Source: Escherichia phage vB_EcoM-G28
Sequence record: NC_054916.1
Strand: one strand, 5' to 3'
Length of the DNA stretch: 64,000 nucleotides
Below, piece after piece: positions 43,869 through 55,096 of the stretch. The notes under the pieces were generated by a model. That model saw nothing but the letters and a program-made list of their open reading frames with translations. It had not been told where the DNA came from and did not search any database. A program made the position numbers and the translations under genes. The first letter of the stretch is position 1. Each line of letters starts with the position of its first letter.

Positions 43869-45047
43869 TTAAAAATATTTTTTAAAACTCATCATAACTT
43901 TATCATCAACATCATTATCAATCTGTGCAACAAGGTAAGATGACAGTTCTACTTCTTGTGGCGCGGATTGAACATTATCAGAATTAAGATATTCACGAAT
44001 CCAAGGATATGGATGTTTAACCGGAGCATCGGTAATTGGGCATGGAAGACCGCACTGTTTCATACGAGATACAGTTAAGTAATCAATAAAGCTCCACATG
44101 CTATTTGTATTTAATCCAGGAACATCGCCATCTTTAAATAAATGAACTGCCCAATCTTTTTCTTGGCGGTTAACTTCCATGAAAATATCAACTGCTTCTT
44201 GTTCACACTCTTGAGCAATTTTAACCCATTCATCGCCATCAGTACCGGATTGAAGTTGACGAATAATATATTGGGTGCCTTTAAGGTGAAGCTGCTCATC
44301 ACGTGCAATGAACTTCATAATCTTGGCATTACCTTCCATGATTTCCATGTTCTTATGGAAGTTAAAGGTACATGCAAAAGATACATAAAAACGAATAGCT
44401 TCTAAGGCATTAATAACGTGCAAACAGAGGTAAAGAGATTTCATTAGTGCTCGTTTAGCTTCGGCTTCTTGTTTAATAGCTCGATTTAAACGAAAAACAG
44501 CATCAGGAGATTCTTTAGCTAGTTCTGTAAATTCTTTAGCGTTTTCCCATTCACGGGTTTTAGTCAGAACATCATCATAATAACGTCCAATTGATTCAGC
44601 ACGTTTCATGATAGCTTCATCTAATACAATCTCATCAAATACCTTTGACGGATCAGTATAAAGATTTCGCATGATATGTGTATATGAACGACTATGAATA
44701 GTTTCACTAAAAGTCCATGTAGCAACCCATGTATCAAGACTTGGGTCTGAAATTAATGACATAAGTACAGCAGATGGCGCACGACCCTGAATGCTATCTA
44801 GAAGTGATTGATACTTCAGATTATTAGTAAAAATATCTTGCTGATATTGAGGAAGCTTGTTAAATTGTGCAGCATCCATCATTAAGTTTACTTCTTCAGG
44901 ACGCCAGAAAAATGACAACTGCTTTTCGGTTAAATCTTCAAAAACTTTATGACGTTGAATATCATAACGCGCAATACCAAGACCTGAACCGAAGAACATA
45001 GGTTCTTTTAAAACATCAACTGGATTTGTATTAAAAACTGTAGACAT
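43869..45047 (-). CDS. nrdB: Ribonucleotide reductase small subunit, uninterrupted (no intron)
   Basis: 392 aa from MSTVFNTNPVD; continuous reading frame; ATG overlaps the mobE stop. Confidence 0.9.
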   Translation of the reverse strand: MSTVFNTNPVDVLKEPMFFGSGLGIARYDIQRHKVFEDLTEKQLSFFWRPEEVNLMMDAAQFNKLPQYQQDIFTNNLKYQSLLDSIQGRAPSAVLMSLISDPSLDTWVATWTFSETIHSRSYTHIMRNLYTDPSKVFDEIVLDEAIMKRAESIGRYYDDVLTKTREWENAKEFTELAKESPDAVFRLNRAIKQEAEAKRALMKSLYLCLHVINALEAIRFYVSFACTFNFHKNMEIMEGNAKIMKFIARDEQLHLKGTQYIIRQLQSGTDGDEWVKIAQECEQEAVDIFMEVNRQEKDWAVHLFKDGDVPGLNTNSMWSFIDYLTVSRMKQCGLPCPITDAPVKHPYPWIREYLNSDNVQSAPQEVELSSYLVAQIDNDVDDKVMMSFKKYF

Positions 45048-45778
45048 TAATTTTTCCTCTTTAAAATTCTGCCGCGTTTCCAACCTGGCGGTATAATATC
45101 ATCTTTACCTATAAGCGTGCATTCACTTCCATTATTAATCCATTTCTTACCGCGGATTCCTTTATAATCTCTTGGTTGTATTTTGTCAAACTTTGCATCA
45201 AGTTGATATGCCCAACGAAATCCATAGGCATATTGAAATTTACCCTCAGCACAATATTTGATATTTGACCCGTTTCCATTAACTGATCTGGACGCTGCCG
45301 CAATAGAGTGAAAGGTTTCTATGAAATCCCCATCTAATGAGAATTTATGTATTTCGATAGATGGGCATGCATACCTATTCACGTTTGATACATGTTGTTT
45401 AGTTTCGTTTTTATGATGCTTGCCTAACATTCCTCTAGGATGAGGATTATTTTTCCAATATTTCTTAAAGAAATCAGAATTAGCTTTAGCAAATAATTTT
45501 CTGTGCAAGCTATACAATCTGTTATTAATTCTATTACCAGCTTTATCTGTTGCCATTAACGTTAACGCAGAGGCAAGACCAAAATGGCCTTCATTTATCT
45601 TGCATAGTAATAGATGCGCTATAAAATGTTCTCTAGCTGTTAATTCAACTAAATTTTCTTTATCATCAGAACCTCCCATGCATTTAGGGACTATATGATG
45701 TGTCTCTTTATATTCGGATAAAGGTTCCCGAGCCTGAGCTCGGGAAATTAGATCATTATAGATTTTTTGATAATTCAT
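45047..45778 (-). CDS. mobE: HNH-family homing endonuclease in the nrdA-nrdB intergenic position (MobE/Hef-like)
   Basis: 243 aa; HNH motif ETHHIVPKCMGG...N...EH; ATG overlaps the nrdA stop (TAATG). Confidence 0.8.
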   Translation of the reverse strand: MNYQKIYNDLISRAQAREPLSEYKETHHIVPKCMGGSDDKENLVELTAREHFIAHLLLCKINEGHFGLASALTLMATDKAGNRINNRLYSLHRKLFAKANSDFFKKYWKNNPHPRGMLGKHHKNETKQHVSNVNRYACPSIEIHKFSLDGDFIETFHSIAAASRSVNGNGSNIKYCAEGKFQYAYGFRWAYQLDAKFDKIQPRDYKGIRGKKWINNGSECTLIGKDDIIPPGWKRGRILKRKN

Positions 45779-48042
45779 TACAATTTACACGCTGCACAAT
45801 CGTCGGCTTTAGGAGTTTCTATTTCATAATCATCAGTACCAGAACCATCACGGGTATTATGATAATAGAAATTTTTAATGCCATAATACCATCCGTATAG
45901 CATGTCATCAATCATTACAGACATTGGAACCTTTCCTTTTGGAAAAATCTGCGGGTCATAATATGTATTCGCTGAAGCTGATTGACATACCCATTTCAGC
46001 ATAATAGCTACCTGCGTAAGATAAGGTTTATTACCTTTCTTAGCTAATTTCCATGTATAATCATAGAGGTCTATGTTATGCTCAATATTGGGCACGACTT
46101 GATTAAAGGAGCCCTCTTTTGATTCTTTAACACTTACCGGTCCACGTGGAGGCTCGATACCGTTTGTACTGTTAGAAACTTGGGAAGATGACTCACATGG
46201 CATAAGTGCTGATAATGTGCTATTACGGATGCCAAAGAGCTTAAGGTCTTCCCGCAGCGACGACCAGTCACAAACGTATTTTGGAGCTGCGATTTGGTCA
46301 ATCTTTTTATTGTACCAGTCGATAGGTAATTCGCCTCGAGACCAACGAGTGTCTGAATAATATTCGCAAGGTCCTTTTTCTTTGGCGAGCTTAATGGATG
46401 CTTTAATGAGTCCATACTGTAATCTCTCAAATAGTTCATGTGTTAAATCGTTAGCATCTTCATAAGAAGCAAAGTTACTTGCCAGCCAAGCTGCATAGTT
46501 GGTAACACCTACACCGAGGTTACGACGCTTTTTAGCTTTTTCTGCTTCAGGAACTGGATATCCTTGGTAATCCAAAAGATTATCAAGAGCACGAACTTGA
46601 ACTTCTGCCAATTCATTAATTTTATCTTGGTCTTGCCAATCGAAGTTATCCAACACAAATGCAGATAACGTGCACAATCCAATTTCAGCATCAGGACTAT
46701 TCACATCATTTGTTGGAATAGCAATTTCACAACACAGGTTACTCTGACGAATCGGTGCCTTTTCACGAATAAATGGAGTATAGTTATTCGTATTATCAAT
46801 GAACTGTACATAAATCCTTGCTGTTCCTGATCGTTCAGTCATGAGCAATTCAAATAGTTCACGGGCTTTAATACGCTTTTTGCGAATATTAGGGTCTTTT
46901 TCTGCTGCTTCGTATAATTCGCGGAAACGGTCTTGGTCTTTAAAATAAGAATAATAAAGCTCGCCACCCATTTCATGCGGACTGAACAAAGTAATGTAGT
47001 CGTTCTTTCCAAAACGTTCCATCATCAAATCATTCAGCTGGACGCCATAATCCATATGACGGATACGGTTTTCTTCTACACCTTTGTTATTTTTCAAAAC
47101 GAGAAGATTTTCAACTTCCAAATGCCAAATGGGATAATAAGCAGTAGCAGCGCCGCCACGAATTCCGCCCTGTGAACATGATTTAACAGCAGTCTGAAAA
47201 TGTTTCCAAAAAGGAATAACACCAGTATGGCGTACTTCACCCATGCCAATCTTAGAACCTTCGGCACGAATCATACCAACGTTAATACCAATTCCAGCGC
47301 GTTTAGAGATATATTCAACGATTGAAGCGGAAGCCTTATTGATAGACTTCAGCGAATCACCTGCCTCAATAACAACACATGAACTAAACTGTCGAGTCGG
47401 AGTACGGCAACCAGCCATAATAGGAGTTGGCAATGAAATCTGTCGAGTAGATACTGCTTCATAAAAACGGATAACATGTTTTAATCTATCAACAGGTTCA
47501 TCTTGATGTAATGCCATTCCAATAGTCATAAATGCAAACTGTGGAGTTTCATAAATTTGACCAGTGGTTTTATCTTTAACTAGATATTTTTCTTTTAATT
47601 GCATCGCCCCGGAATAAGTAAATTCCATATCCCGCTCGTGCTTAATTTTTGATTCTAAAAATGTAATTTCTTCTGCTGAATATTTTGACAATAATTCAGG
47701 GTCATATTTACCTTCATTTACACAGTAAGAAATATGGTCAATAAATGAACGTGGTTCATACTGCCCATAAACATGCTTACGAAGAGCAAACATTAAACAG
47801 CGTGCAGCTACATATTGATAATCAGGCTCTTCAACCGAAATAGAATTCGCAGCGGCCTTAATGACAATAGTCTGAATATCATCAGTTGTCATTCCATCAC
47901 GGAGATATGATTTAATATTTTCATATAATTCATAAGGATTTACAGATGTTCCTTCAGCTGCCCAAGATAAAACTTTAATAATTTTTTGTGGATCAAAGCT
48001 CTGAGAAACGCCACTACTTTTGATAACATTAATTAATTGCAT
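45778..48042 (-). CDS. nrdA: Ribonucleotide reductase large subunit
   Basis: 754 aa; size as T4 NrdA. Confidence 0.95.
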   Translation of the reverse strand: MQLINVIKSSGVSQSFDPQKIIKVLSWAAEGTSVNPYELYENIKSYLRDGMTTDDIQTIVIKAAANSISVEEPDYQYVAARCLMFALRKHVYGQYEPRSFIDHISYCVNEGKYDPELLSKYSAEEITFLESKIKHERDMEFTYSGAMQLKEKYLVKDKTTGQIYETPQFAFMTIGMALHQDEPVDRLKHVIRFYEAVSTRQISLPTPIMAGCRTPTRQFSSCVVIEAGDSLKSINKASASIVEYISKRAGIGINVGMIRAEGSKIGMGEVRHTGVIPFWKHFQTAVKSCSQGGIRGGAATAYYPIWHLEVENLLVLKNNKGVEENRIRHMDYGVQLNDLMMERFGKNDYITLFSPHEMGGELYYSYFKDQDRFRELYEAAEKDPNIRKKRIKARELFELLMTERSGTARIYVQFIDNTNNYTPFIREKAPIRQSNLCCEIAIPTNDVNSPDAEIGLCTLSAFVLDNFDWQDQDKINELAEVQVRALDNLLDYQGYPVPEAEKAKKRRNLGVGVTNYAAWLASNFASYEDANDLTHELFERLQYGLIKASIKLAKEKGPCEYYSDTRWSRGELPIDWYNKKIDQIAAPKYVCDWSSLREDLKLFGIRNSTLSALMPCESSSQVSNSTNGIEPPRGPVSVKESKEGSFNQVVPNIEHNIDLYDYTWKLAKKGNKPYLTQVAIMLKWVCQSASANTYYDPQIFPKGKVPMSVMIDDMLYGWYYGIKNFYYHNTRDGSGTDDYEIETPKADDCAACKL

Positions 48043-48359
48043 AAGTCCTCAACTTGAAAATCGTCTTTAAACAATCGGTTAACTATATGAGCTATTATAT
48101 CACCATGACACGGCTTTGGTTTACATGTGCATCCTAGCCTCATTCCACGTAAAGGCTCTAAATGTGCTTTAGTTATTTCTCCGGATTTAATTCGACGTAT
48201 AAAATCTTTTTTGAATAATTCAATGGCAGCCTCCCGGCTGCCAGCATCTTTACCGACGTAATTTCCCCAAAATGTACCGCGGTGAATATTAACATCAAAG
48301 TCGGATTTATATTTATTCACTACCCGGCATAGACGGCCCGCGCGGTGATAATTCAGCAT
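48033..48359 (-). CDS. Hypothetical protein (nrdA.x block)
   Basis: 108-aa ORF. Confidence 0.55.
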   Translation of the reverse strand: MLNYHRAGRLCRVVNKYKSDFDVNIHRGTFWGNYVGKDAGSREAAIELFKKDFIRRIKSGEITKAHLEPLRGMRLGCTCKPKPCHGDIIAHIVNRLFKDDFQVEDLCN

Positions 48360-48588
48360 ATTGTTTTTCCGTCAAAACAGTAATATCGTAGTAACAGTCA
48401 GAAGAAGTTTTAACTGTGGAAATTTTATTATCAAAATACTCACGGGTCATTTTATGAGTATAATATTTTTTACCATAAATGATAATAGGCTGATTTGGTC
48501 CTGGAACTTCTAACTCGCTTGGGTTAGGAAGTGTAAAAAGAACGGCACCAGAAGTATCTTTAAATCGTAAAATCATATATCCTCGCAA
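48313..48588 (-). CDS. Hypothetical protein (nrdA.x block)
   Basis: 91-aa ORF. Confidence 0.5.
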   Translation of the reverse strand: MRGYMILRFKDTSGAVLFTLPNPSELEVPGPNQPIIIYGKKYYTHKMTREYFDNKISTVKTSSDCYYDITVLTEKQYAELSPRGPSMPGSE

Positions 48589-48599
48589 TTAAATTAAAA

Positions 48600-48911
48600 T
48601 TATACCGCCATTTTTCCTTTCAAGACACCGTGGGATTGATAATCTTTGAGAACGAAATCTTTAGGTCTAAGTTTAAGAACATATTTTAATTGTTCTTTAG
48701 TAGAAAGATATCGGAATTTATAAGGTAGACCACTTATTACCAGCTCACAAAGCTCTTTAGGTTCACGCCTCAAAATTTCTTTACATTGTTCTACGTGATT
48801 CATATAGATATGAGTATTACCACCAGAAAATATCAAATCTCCTGGAATAAGATTACACATCTTAGCTACAATATGAACTAACGTAGCATATGATGCAATA
48901 TTAAACGGTAG
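48600..48911 (-). CDS. td: Thymidylate synthase, exon 2
   Basis: 103 codons from LPFNIASYATLVH; the leading Met in the ORF track is an artefact spanning the intron's last G. Confidence 0.9.
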   Translation of the reverse strand, partial: LPFNIASYATLVHIVAKMCNLIPGDLIFSGGNTHIYMNHVEQCKEILRREPKELCELVISGLPYKFRYLSTKEQLKYVLKLRPKDFVLKDYQSHGVLKGKMAV

Positions 48912-49356
48912 CATTATGTTCAGATAAGGTCGTTAATCTTACCCCGGAATTATATCCAGCTGCATGTCACCATGCAGATCAGACTATATCTCCAACTTGT
49001 TAAAGCAAGTTGTCTATCGTTTCGAGTCACTTGACCCTACTCCCCAAAGGGATAGTCGTTAGGCATTTATGTAGAACCAATTCCATTTATCAGATTTTAC
49101 ACGATAAGTAACTAATCCAGACGAAATTTTAAAATGCCTTTTCCATCTCTTTTCAAAATCTTTAGCACTTCCTACATATACTTTATTGTTTAAAGTATTT
49201 TTAATCTGATAAATTCCGCTTTTCATAAATACCTCTTTAAATATAGAAGTATTATTAAAGGGCAGTCCTACAATTTAGCACGGGATTGTCTACTAGAGAG
49301 GTTCCCCGTTTAGATAGATTACAAGTATAAGTCACCTTATACTCAGGCCTCAATTA
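48912..49356 (-). ncRNA. Group I self-splicing intron of td, about 445 nt, with a deleted endonuclease ORF
   Basis: Intron 5' end TAATTGAGGCCTGAGTATAAGGTGACTTATACTTGTAATC and 3' end ...CTGAACATAATG match the T4 td intron as I recall it; exon 1 ends in U. Confidence 0.85.
49059..49226 (-). pseudogene. I-TevI homing endonuclease remnant (55 aa, internal in-frame deletion)
   Basis: MKSGIYQIKNTLNNKVYVGSAKDFEKRWKRHFK joined directly to ISSGLVTYRVKSDKWNWFYINA; the catalytic and DNA-binding regions between them are missing. Confidence 0.85.
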
Positions 49357-50728
<1,372 letters not shown>

Positions 50729-50740
50729 ATATTATTTTCC

Positions 50741-50983
50741 TTAAACAGACTTTTTCACAATTTTCCAATCAGCTTTAAACTGCTCGACGTCAGAATGGTA
50801 AATCCAGAATCCTGCGCTTTCTCCATCCTCATAAAGAGGGCATCTATCACATTCATCTTCCCATCCCATATCACGCAAAAGATGTTCAGCTTTTTCAACA
50901 AGTTCAGAATCTTTACCGATGATATTAAAATACCATTTACCTCTAACTTCCGAATCTTTGATGCTCTGGCGTTGTAATCTCAT
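50741..50983 (-). CDS. Hypothetical protein (frd.x block)
   Basis: 80-aa ORF with an early promoter at about 51003..51038. Confidence 0.5.
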   Translation of the reverse strand: MRLQRQSIKDSEVRGKWYFNIIGKDSELVEKAEHLLRDMGWEDECDRCPLYEDGESAGFWIYHSDVEQFKADWKIVKKSV

Positions 50984-51037
50984 TTTATTCTCCTTAGTTG
51001 ATAGGGTAATAGTATCACACTACTACCCTTCTGTAAA

Positions 51038-51403
51038 CTACTTTTTGAAAGTTTTTCGCAAAAGTTCAATGATTTCATCTACATTGTTTTCGTCTACAAT
51101 GCAGTGAATTTTTGTTACACCAGAAACCAGGTCTTTGACTTCATCTTCTTCAGAAGTCGGTTCTTTATATTCTCGGAAACAATGAAATTCATCTTCGCAA
51201 ACATTGAAGTAAAAATGCTTTCCATTTGCGCATTCAATGTGTTTTATTACTCTAAATCCATCAACAAAGAAAGCTTCTTTAACTTCAAACCATCCGCCAT
51301 TTTCTTGAATAATTTTAACTATTGATGAATTAGAACGTGGGCGATAATTAATAAATGTATCAATAAGTCTTGGAACAAGCTCATACTTTTTACCGGTATA
51401 CAT
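51038..51403 (-). CDS. Hypothetical protein (frd.x block)
   Basis: 121-aa ORF. Confidence 0.5.
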   Translation of the reverse strand: MYTGKKYELVPRLIDTFINYRPRSNSSIVKIIQENGGWFEVKEAFFVDGFRVIKHIECANGKHFYFNVCEDEFHCFREYKEPTSEEDEVKDLVSGVTKIHCIVDENNVDEIIELLRKTFKK

Positions 51404-51447
51404 TACGTTTTCCTCATTTTAATAGGGGCTTGATAGCCCCTTGATAA

Positions 51448-51738
51448 TTACTGTTCAATAAATCCTGTGTAAAATTCTACATCTTCAGCATCCATACCGT
51501 CGCAGTATTCATTAACCATAAACTGTTTAAGACGATCTAAAGGACCTTCAATAACAACTGAAACATTACAATTAGGATCATTTAGTGCGCTTATGATACT
51601 AAGTTCAGGATAACGATTACGAATAATCTCTTCAATATATTCAAAATCAACAACATCAATATCAATTTTAGCCATATTATTTTCCTCTTTAATCATCAGC
51701 AGTATTGCCGATAGTTGTATAGTACCATGGAAGGACAA
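51448..51738 (-). CDS. Hypothetical protein (frd.x block)
   Basis: 96-aa ORF. Confidence 0.5.
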   Translation of the reverse strand: MSFHGTIQLSAILLMIKEENNMAKIDIDVVDFEYIEEIIRNRYPELSIISALNDPNCNVSVVIEGPLDRLKQFMVNEYCDGMDAEDVEFYTGFIEQ

Positions 51739-51791
51739 GGATGTAAACAGTTTTGTGAAAAAAATTTTTGAAATAAAAAAAGGGGACCTCT

Positions 51792-51810
51792 AGGGTCCCC
51801 AATTAATTAG
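51792..51810 (-). terminator. Intrinsic terminator after gene 32
   Basis: ggggacc-tctag-ggtcccc followed on the minus strand by a T run. Confidence 0.6.
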
Positions 51811-51822
51811 TAATATAATCTA

Positions 51823-52731
51823 TTAAAGGTCATTCAAAAGGTCATCCAGGTCCGTGTCATCAGCACTAGATGAACTGCCAGAGCTTGAGCTCATAAAATC
51901 ATCTTCAGTTTTTGTATTGAAGTCATCAACATTGAATGCATCCAAATCATCAGCAACCTTATCAGCTTTCTTAGCGGCAGTTGCTGCGGCACCGCCCATC
52001 ACAGCAGTTCCCATAACTTGACTGAATTTAGTGCTCAGTTCTTCAAACGATTTGAATTTATCTTTAGAAGTCATTTCAGAAAGGTCAACCATTTGTTCGA
52101 ACAGTTCTTTCTGGAAAGATTCATCGTCAATGTTTGGAATCGCAGATTGATTCAGGAATTTAGATTCGTCGTAGTTACTAAATCCAGAAACTTGTTTAAC
52201 TTTCAGTACAAAATTAGCACCTTCCCACGGACAAGTTACATCAACCGGAGTTTCACCCATTTCAACATCAACTGCAATCATTGCATTGATTTTATCCCAG
52301 ATTTTCTTACCGAAACGGTATTTAAATACTTTACCTTCGTTTTCTGGAGCAGCTGGGTCTTTTACTACAAGAATGTTAGCCCAGTAAGAAGTTTTACGTT
52401 TAACAAGACTGTACTCTTTATTGTCAGTGTTGTACAGATCATTTTTACTGATGTATTGACATACTGGGCAAGAATCGTAATCACCGTGGGTAGATGAACA
52501 TGTTTCAATATACCATTTACCATTTTTCTTGAAACCGTGATTTACAAGAATTGCGAATGGTGCTTGTTCATCATTTTTAGACGGAAGAAAACGAATTACT
52601 GCTTGACCGTTACCCGCATTATCGAGTTTCAGTTTCCACTCGCCTTTATCTTCAGAAGAAAAACCACCTTTATTTCCAGCCAGTTTAGCCATTTGTGCAG
52701 CGAGTTCAGCAGTAGATTTACGTTTAAACAT
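51823..52731 (-). CDS. 32: Single-stranded DNA-binding protein gp32
   Basis: 302 aa; acidic Ser/Asp-rich C-terminal tail; size as T4 gp32. Confidence 0.95.
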   Translation of the reverse strand: MFKRKSTAELAAQMAKLAGNKGGFSSEDKGEWKLKLDNAGNGQAVIRFLPSKNDEQAPFAILVNHGFKKNGKWYIETCSSTHGDYDSCPVCQYISKNDLYNTDNKEYSLVKRKTSYWANILVVKDPAAPENEGKVFKYRFGKKIWDKINAMIAVDVEMGETPVDVTCPWEGANFVLKVKQVSGFSNYDESKFLNQSAIPNIDDESFQKELFEQMVDLSEMTSKDKFKSFEELSTKFSQVMGTAVMGGAAATAAKKADKVADDLDAFNVDDFNTKTEDDFMSSSSGSSSSADDTDLDDLLNDL

Positions 52732-52762
52732 TTTTATTTCCTTTTTAATTTAATTAACAGTT

Positions 52763-52797
52763 GGTGCTATGACGATGTATGACCTCATAGCTGGTCA
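52763..52797 (-). promoter_or_regulatory. gp32 translational operator pseudoknot in the gene 32 leader
   Basis: Minus strand reads GACCAGCTATGAGGTCATACATCGTCATAGCACC, followed by an unstructured A/U-rich run before the ATG. Confidence 0.6.
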
Positions 52798-52814
52798 GTG
52801 AGATAATTATAATC

Positions 52815-52822
52815 TATTTATA
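52815..52822 (-). promoter_or_regulatory. T4-type late promoter for gene 32
   Basis: TATAAATA on the minus strand upstream of the leader. Confidence 0.5.
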
Positions 52823-52830
52823 ATAAGCAA

Positions 52831-53484
52831 TTAATACTTGCATGATTTCACAGTTTCAATAAAAACACTTTTAGCTTTCTGTGAATCAATATTTAAAATT
52901 TTTCTATAAGCCTTTAACTTTATAGAATAATTATTCCAGACTAAATTATCAGTCTGTTCATCATGTTTATCAATTATATTTAAAAACGAATCAAGCAAGA
53001 TAAACGTCTCAAACGAAATTATATTCGATTGAAGTAGTTTAAAAATATAACTTGATTGAACTTTTGGATTATACTCAAAGATTTCTTTAAAAGCAGAAAC
53101 TTCAACTTTCTTACTAAAATAATAAATGTTGCGAATATCTTCTTCAAACTTAAATTTAATTTGCTTTAAGCGTCCGATATATTCACGATAAAACACAAGT
53201 GCATCAGCGTCAGAGATGTCACCAATCCAAGCATCCTGGTTAGCAACAAGATTGCTTATAAAGATTAAAGCAAGTTCCTTTAATTTATATTTTTCTGATA
53301 ACTTCTGGAAAAAATACTTATCCCTTCGCTTTTGATAAGCGGCATCAGACACCCGCATGCACCAATTATACTTAATTACATCATACTTTCCATTCATATG
53401 TTGTTTTATCATTAAGTATAATTTATAAACTGATTTACCATCAATATATCTTTCACCACCAGCAGGCATGCGGAGTTTAATCAT
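52831..53484 (-). CDS. 59: Helicase loader gp59
   Basis: 217 aa; size and position as T4 gp59. Confidence 0.9.
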   Translation of the reverse strand: MIKLRMPAGGERYIDGKSVYKLYLMIKQHMNGKYDVIKYNWCMRVSDAAYQKRRDKYFFQKLSEKYKLKELALIFISNLVANQDAWIGDISDADALVFYREYIGRLKQIKFKFEEDIRNIYYFSKKVEVSAFKEIFEYNPKVQSSYIFKLLQSNIISFETFILLDSFLNIIDKHDEQTDNLVWNNYSIKLKAYRKILNIDSQKAKSVFIETVKSCKY

Positions 53485-53819
53485 AGTAGAAAATCTAATG
53501 TATTAGTTTTTTCACAACGAACAATAGAAGGACGTAAAAGATTTTCGTCAATAGCTTCTGACTGAATTTTTTCAATTATACCCGAAGGAATAAATTTAGC
53601 AAATTGAGTTTCAGGAATAGAATTTTCTTCTAAGAATGCTGTTGTAGCTTCAAGATAACTCATTCCAAACTCTTCTACCATTTTTTCAATAATAAATCCA
53701 TTTTCTTGGCGGTCAAGAAGTTTTGCTATTTCATCCTTTTCTTTCTTGATTGAAAGTTCTTTTTCTGAAAGACCGGTCTCATCGACCGGACGAATATCAT
53801 TTAGAGAAAACTGTGTCAT
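53481..53819 (-). CDS. 33: Late transcription co-activator gp33
   Basis: 112 aa from MTQFSLND (track ORF 115 aa). Confidence 0.8.
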   Translation of the reverse strand: MTQFSLNDIRPVDETGLSEKELSIKKEKDEIAKLLDRQENGFIIEKMVEEFGMSYLEATTAFLEENSIPETQFAKFIPSGIIEKIQSEAIDENLLRPSIVRCEKTNTLDFLL

Positions 53820-54066
53820 AAAGTTCAACTACCTCTTCGGTTTCAGCTTCAAACACATCACGGTTATCTTTATGATACAAAGCTAATAGACGATTAAACA
53901 TCTTACCATCAACGCCAAGTTCATCTTTGGCACGAATTCGAATATCTTTAATCAATTCATTATAACCAGAAATTTTCAGTTTATGATCAGATGCTTCTTT
54001 AATAAATTTAGCCAAGTCTTCGCCATGGATAGCTTCATCAAATTCAACCATTTCTTTTTTAGCCAT
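53797..54066 (-). CDS. dsbA: dsDNA-binding protein DsbA
   Basis: 89 aa; position between rnh and 33. Confidence 0.75.
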   Translation of the reverse strand: MAKKEMVEFDEAIHGEDLAKFIKEASDHKLKISGYNELIKDIRIRAKDELGVDGKMFNRLLALYHKDNRDVFEAETEEVVELYDTVFSK

Positions 54067-54074
54067 TATTCACC

Positions 54075-54992
54075 TCAAAATTCATTAATGCTATTAGTTA
54101 ATTTAGAAAGACCCGCTTTTACAAAATATGAATAAATTTTGCCACGCGGTGGTAATTTATATGAATTATAGTAATTCACAATGTTTGAAGCAATATTATC
54201 AGGAATATAATCAAAGTCAATTAGAACTAAATTTTCTTTATATCGATTATATTCAGATTCAGTGAGAAGCACCTTAGCTTGCTCACGGTCATTAGCAATA
54301 GCTTCAACAATAGAAGTTTTCATTGAAGGAGTTCGTTCACCTTCAACTCTGGTAAACCAAAAGTCAGATCGCACTTTAACTGAAGCGACGTTATCTTTTT
54401 TGTCGCCTTTAAGGATTTTAGTCATACAGTCAATTTCAGCAGAACCGCTTTTAATTTTAACCCATTTCTTGTGCATCGGTGACCATTGCTTAACATTTGG
54501 GTATTTGTGAAGTTGAGTAAAGTCACCATCCGACGAAATGATTAAAATCTTATGTCCTTCTAAAGAGAACTTTTTAACAAGAACAGCAATGTGGTCATCT
54601 GCTTCATACTTATCAATATCCATAACAATGTATGGCATATAAGCTTTCAATTCATCTATAACTTTATGGCTGGATTCAAAATAACCTTCCCAGTCCCAAG
54701 TAGATTCTTCTCGTGCTTTTCCACGGTTTTTCTTATAGTAATAAGCGAAATCACGGCGCCAATATCCCGATTTTGCGTTATCGATACACAGTACAATTTT
54801 AGTGTATCCAAGAGTTTTTGCTTTTTTGACATTAAACTTAATTGAGTTCAATATCAAATGACGAACCATTGATAAATTAATTTTTTCTTTATCTGGGAAG
54901 TTTACTAGAGCAGTCGAAAGTGCAATTTGACTAAAGTCAATTAAGCAGATTCCTTCTTTGTAATCTTCATCCAGCATCATTTCTAAATCCAT
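54075..54992 (-). CDS. rnh: RNase H (5'-3' flap exonuclease)
   Basis: 305 aa from MDLEMMLDEDYKEG (track ORF 310 aa). Confidence 0.9.
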   Translation of the reverse strand: MDLEMMLDEDYKEGICLIDFSQIALSTALVNFPDKEKINLSMVRHLILNSIKFNVKKAKTLGYTKIVLCIDNAKSGYWRRDFAYYYKKNRGKAREESTWDWEGYFESSHKVIDELKAYMPYIVMDIDKYEADDHIAVLVKKFSLEGHKILIISSDGDFTQLHKYPNVKQWSPMHKKWVKIKSGSAEIDCMTKILKGDKKDNVASVKVRSDFWFTRVEGERTPSMKTSIVEAIANDREQAKVLLTESEYNRYKENLVLIDFDYIPDNIASNIVNYYNSYKLPPRGKIYSYFVKAGLSKLTNSINEF

Positions 54993-55054
54993 ATGAACCT
55001 CGTTCAATTAGTGAGATTTCTATTATATACTATCCAAATCTTAAAGTAAACAAG

Positions 55055-55062
55055 TATAAATA
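55055..55062 (+). promoter_or_regulatory. T4-type late promoter for gene 34
   Basis: Exact TATAAATA about 35 nt upstream of the ATG. Confidence 0.6.
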
Positions 55063-55096
55063 CTTATTATTGAAAACACAATAGGAGCCCGGGAGA

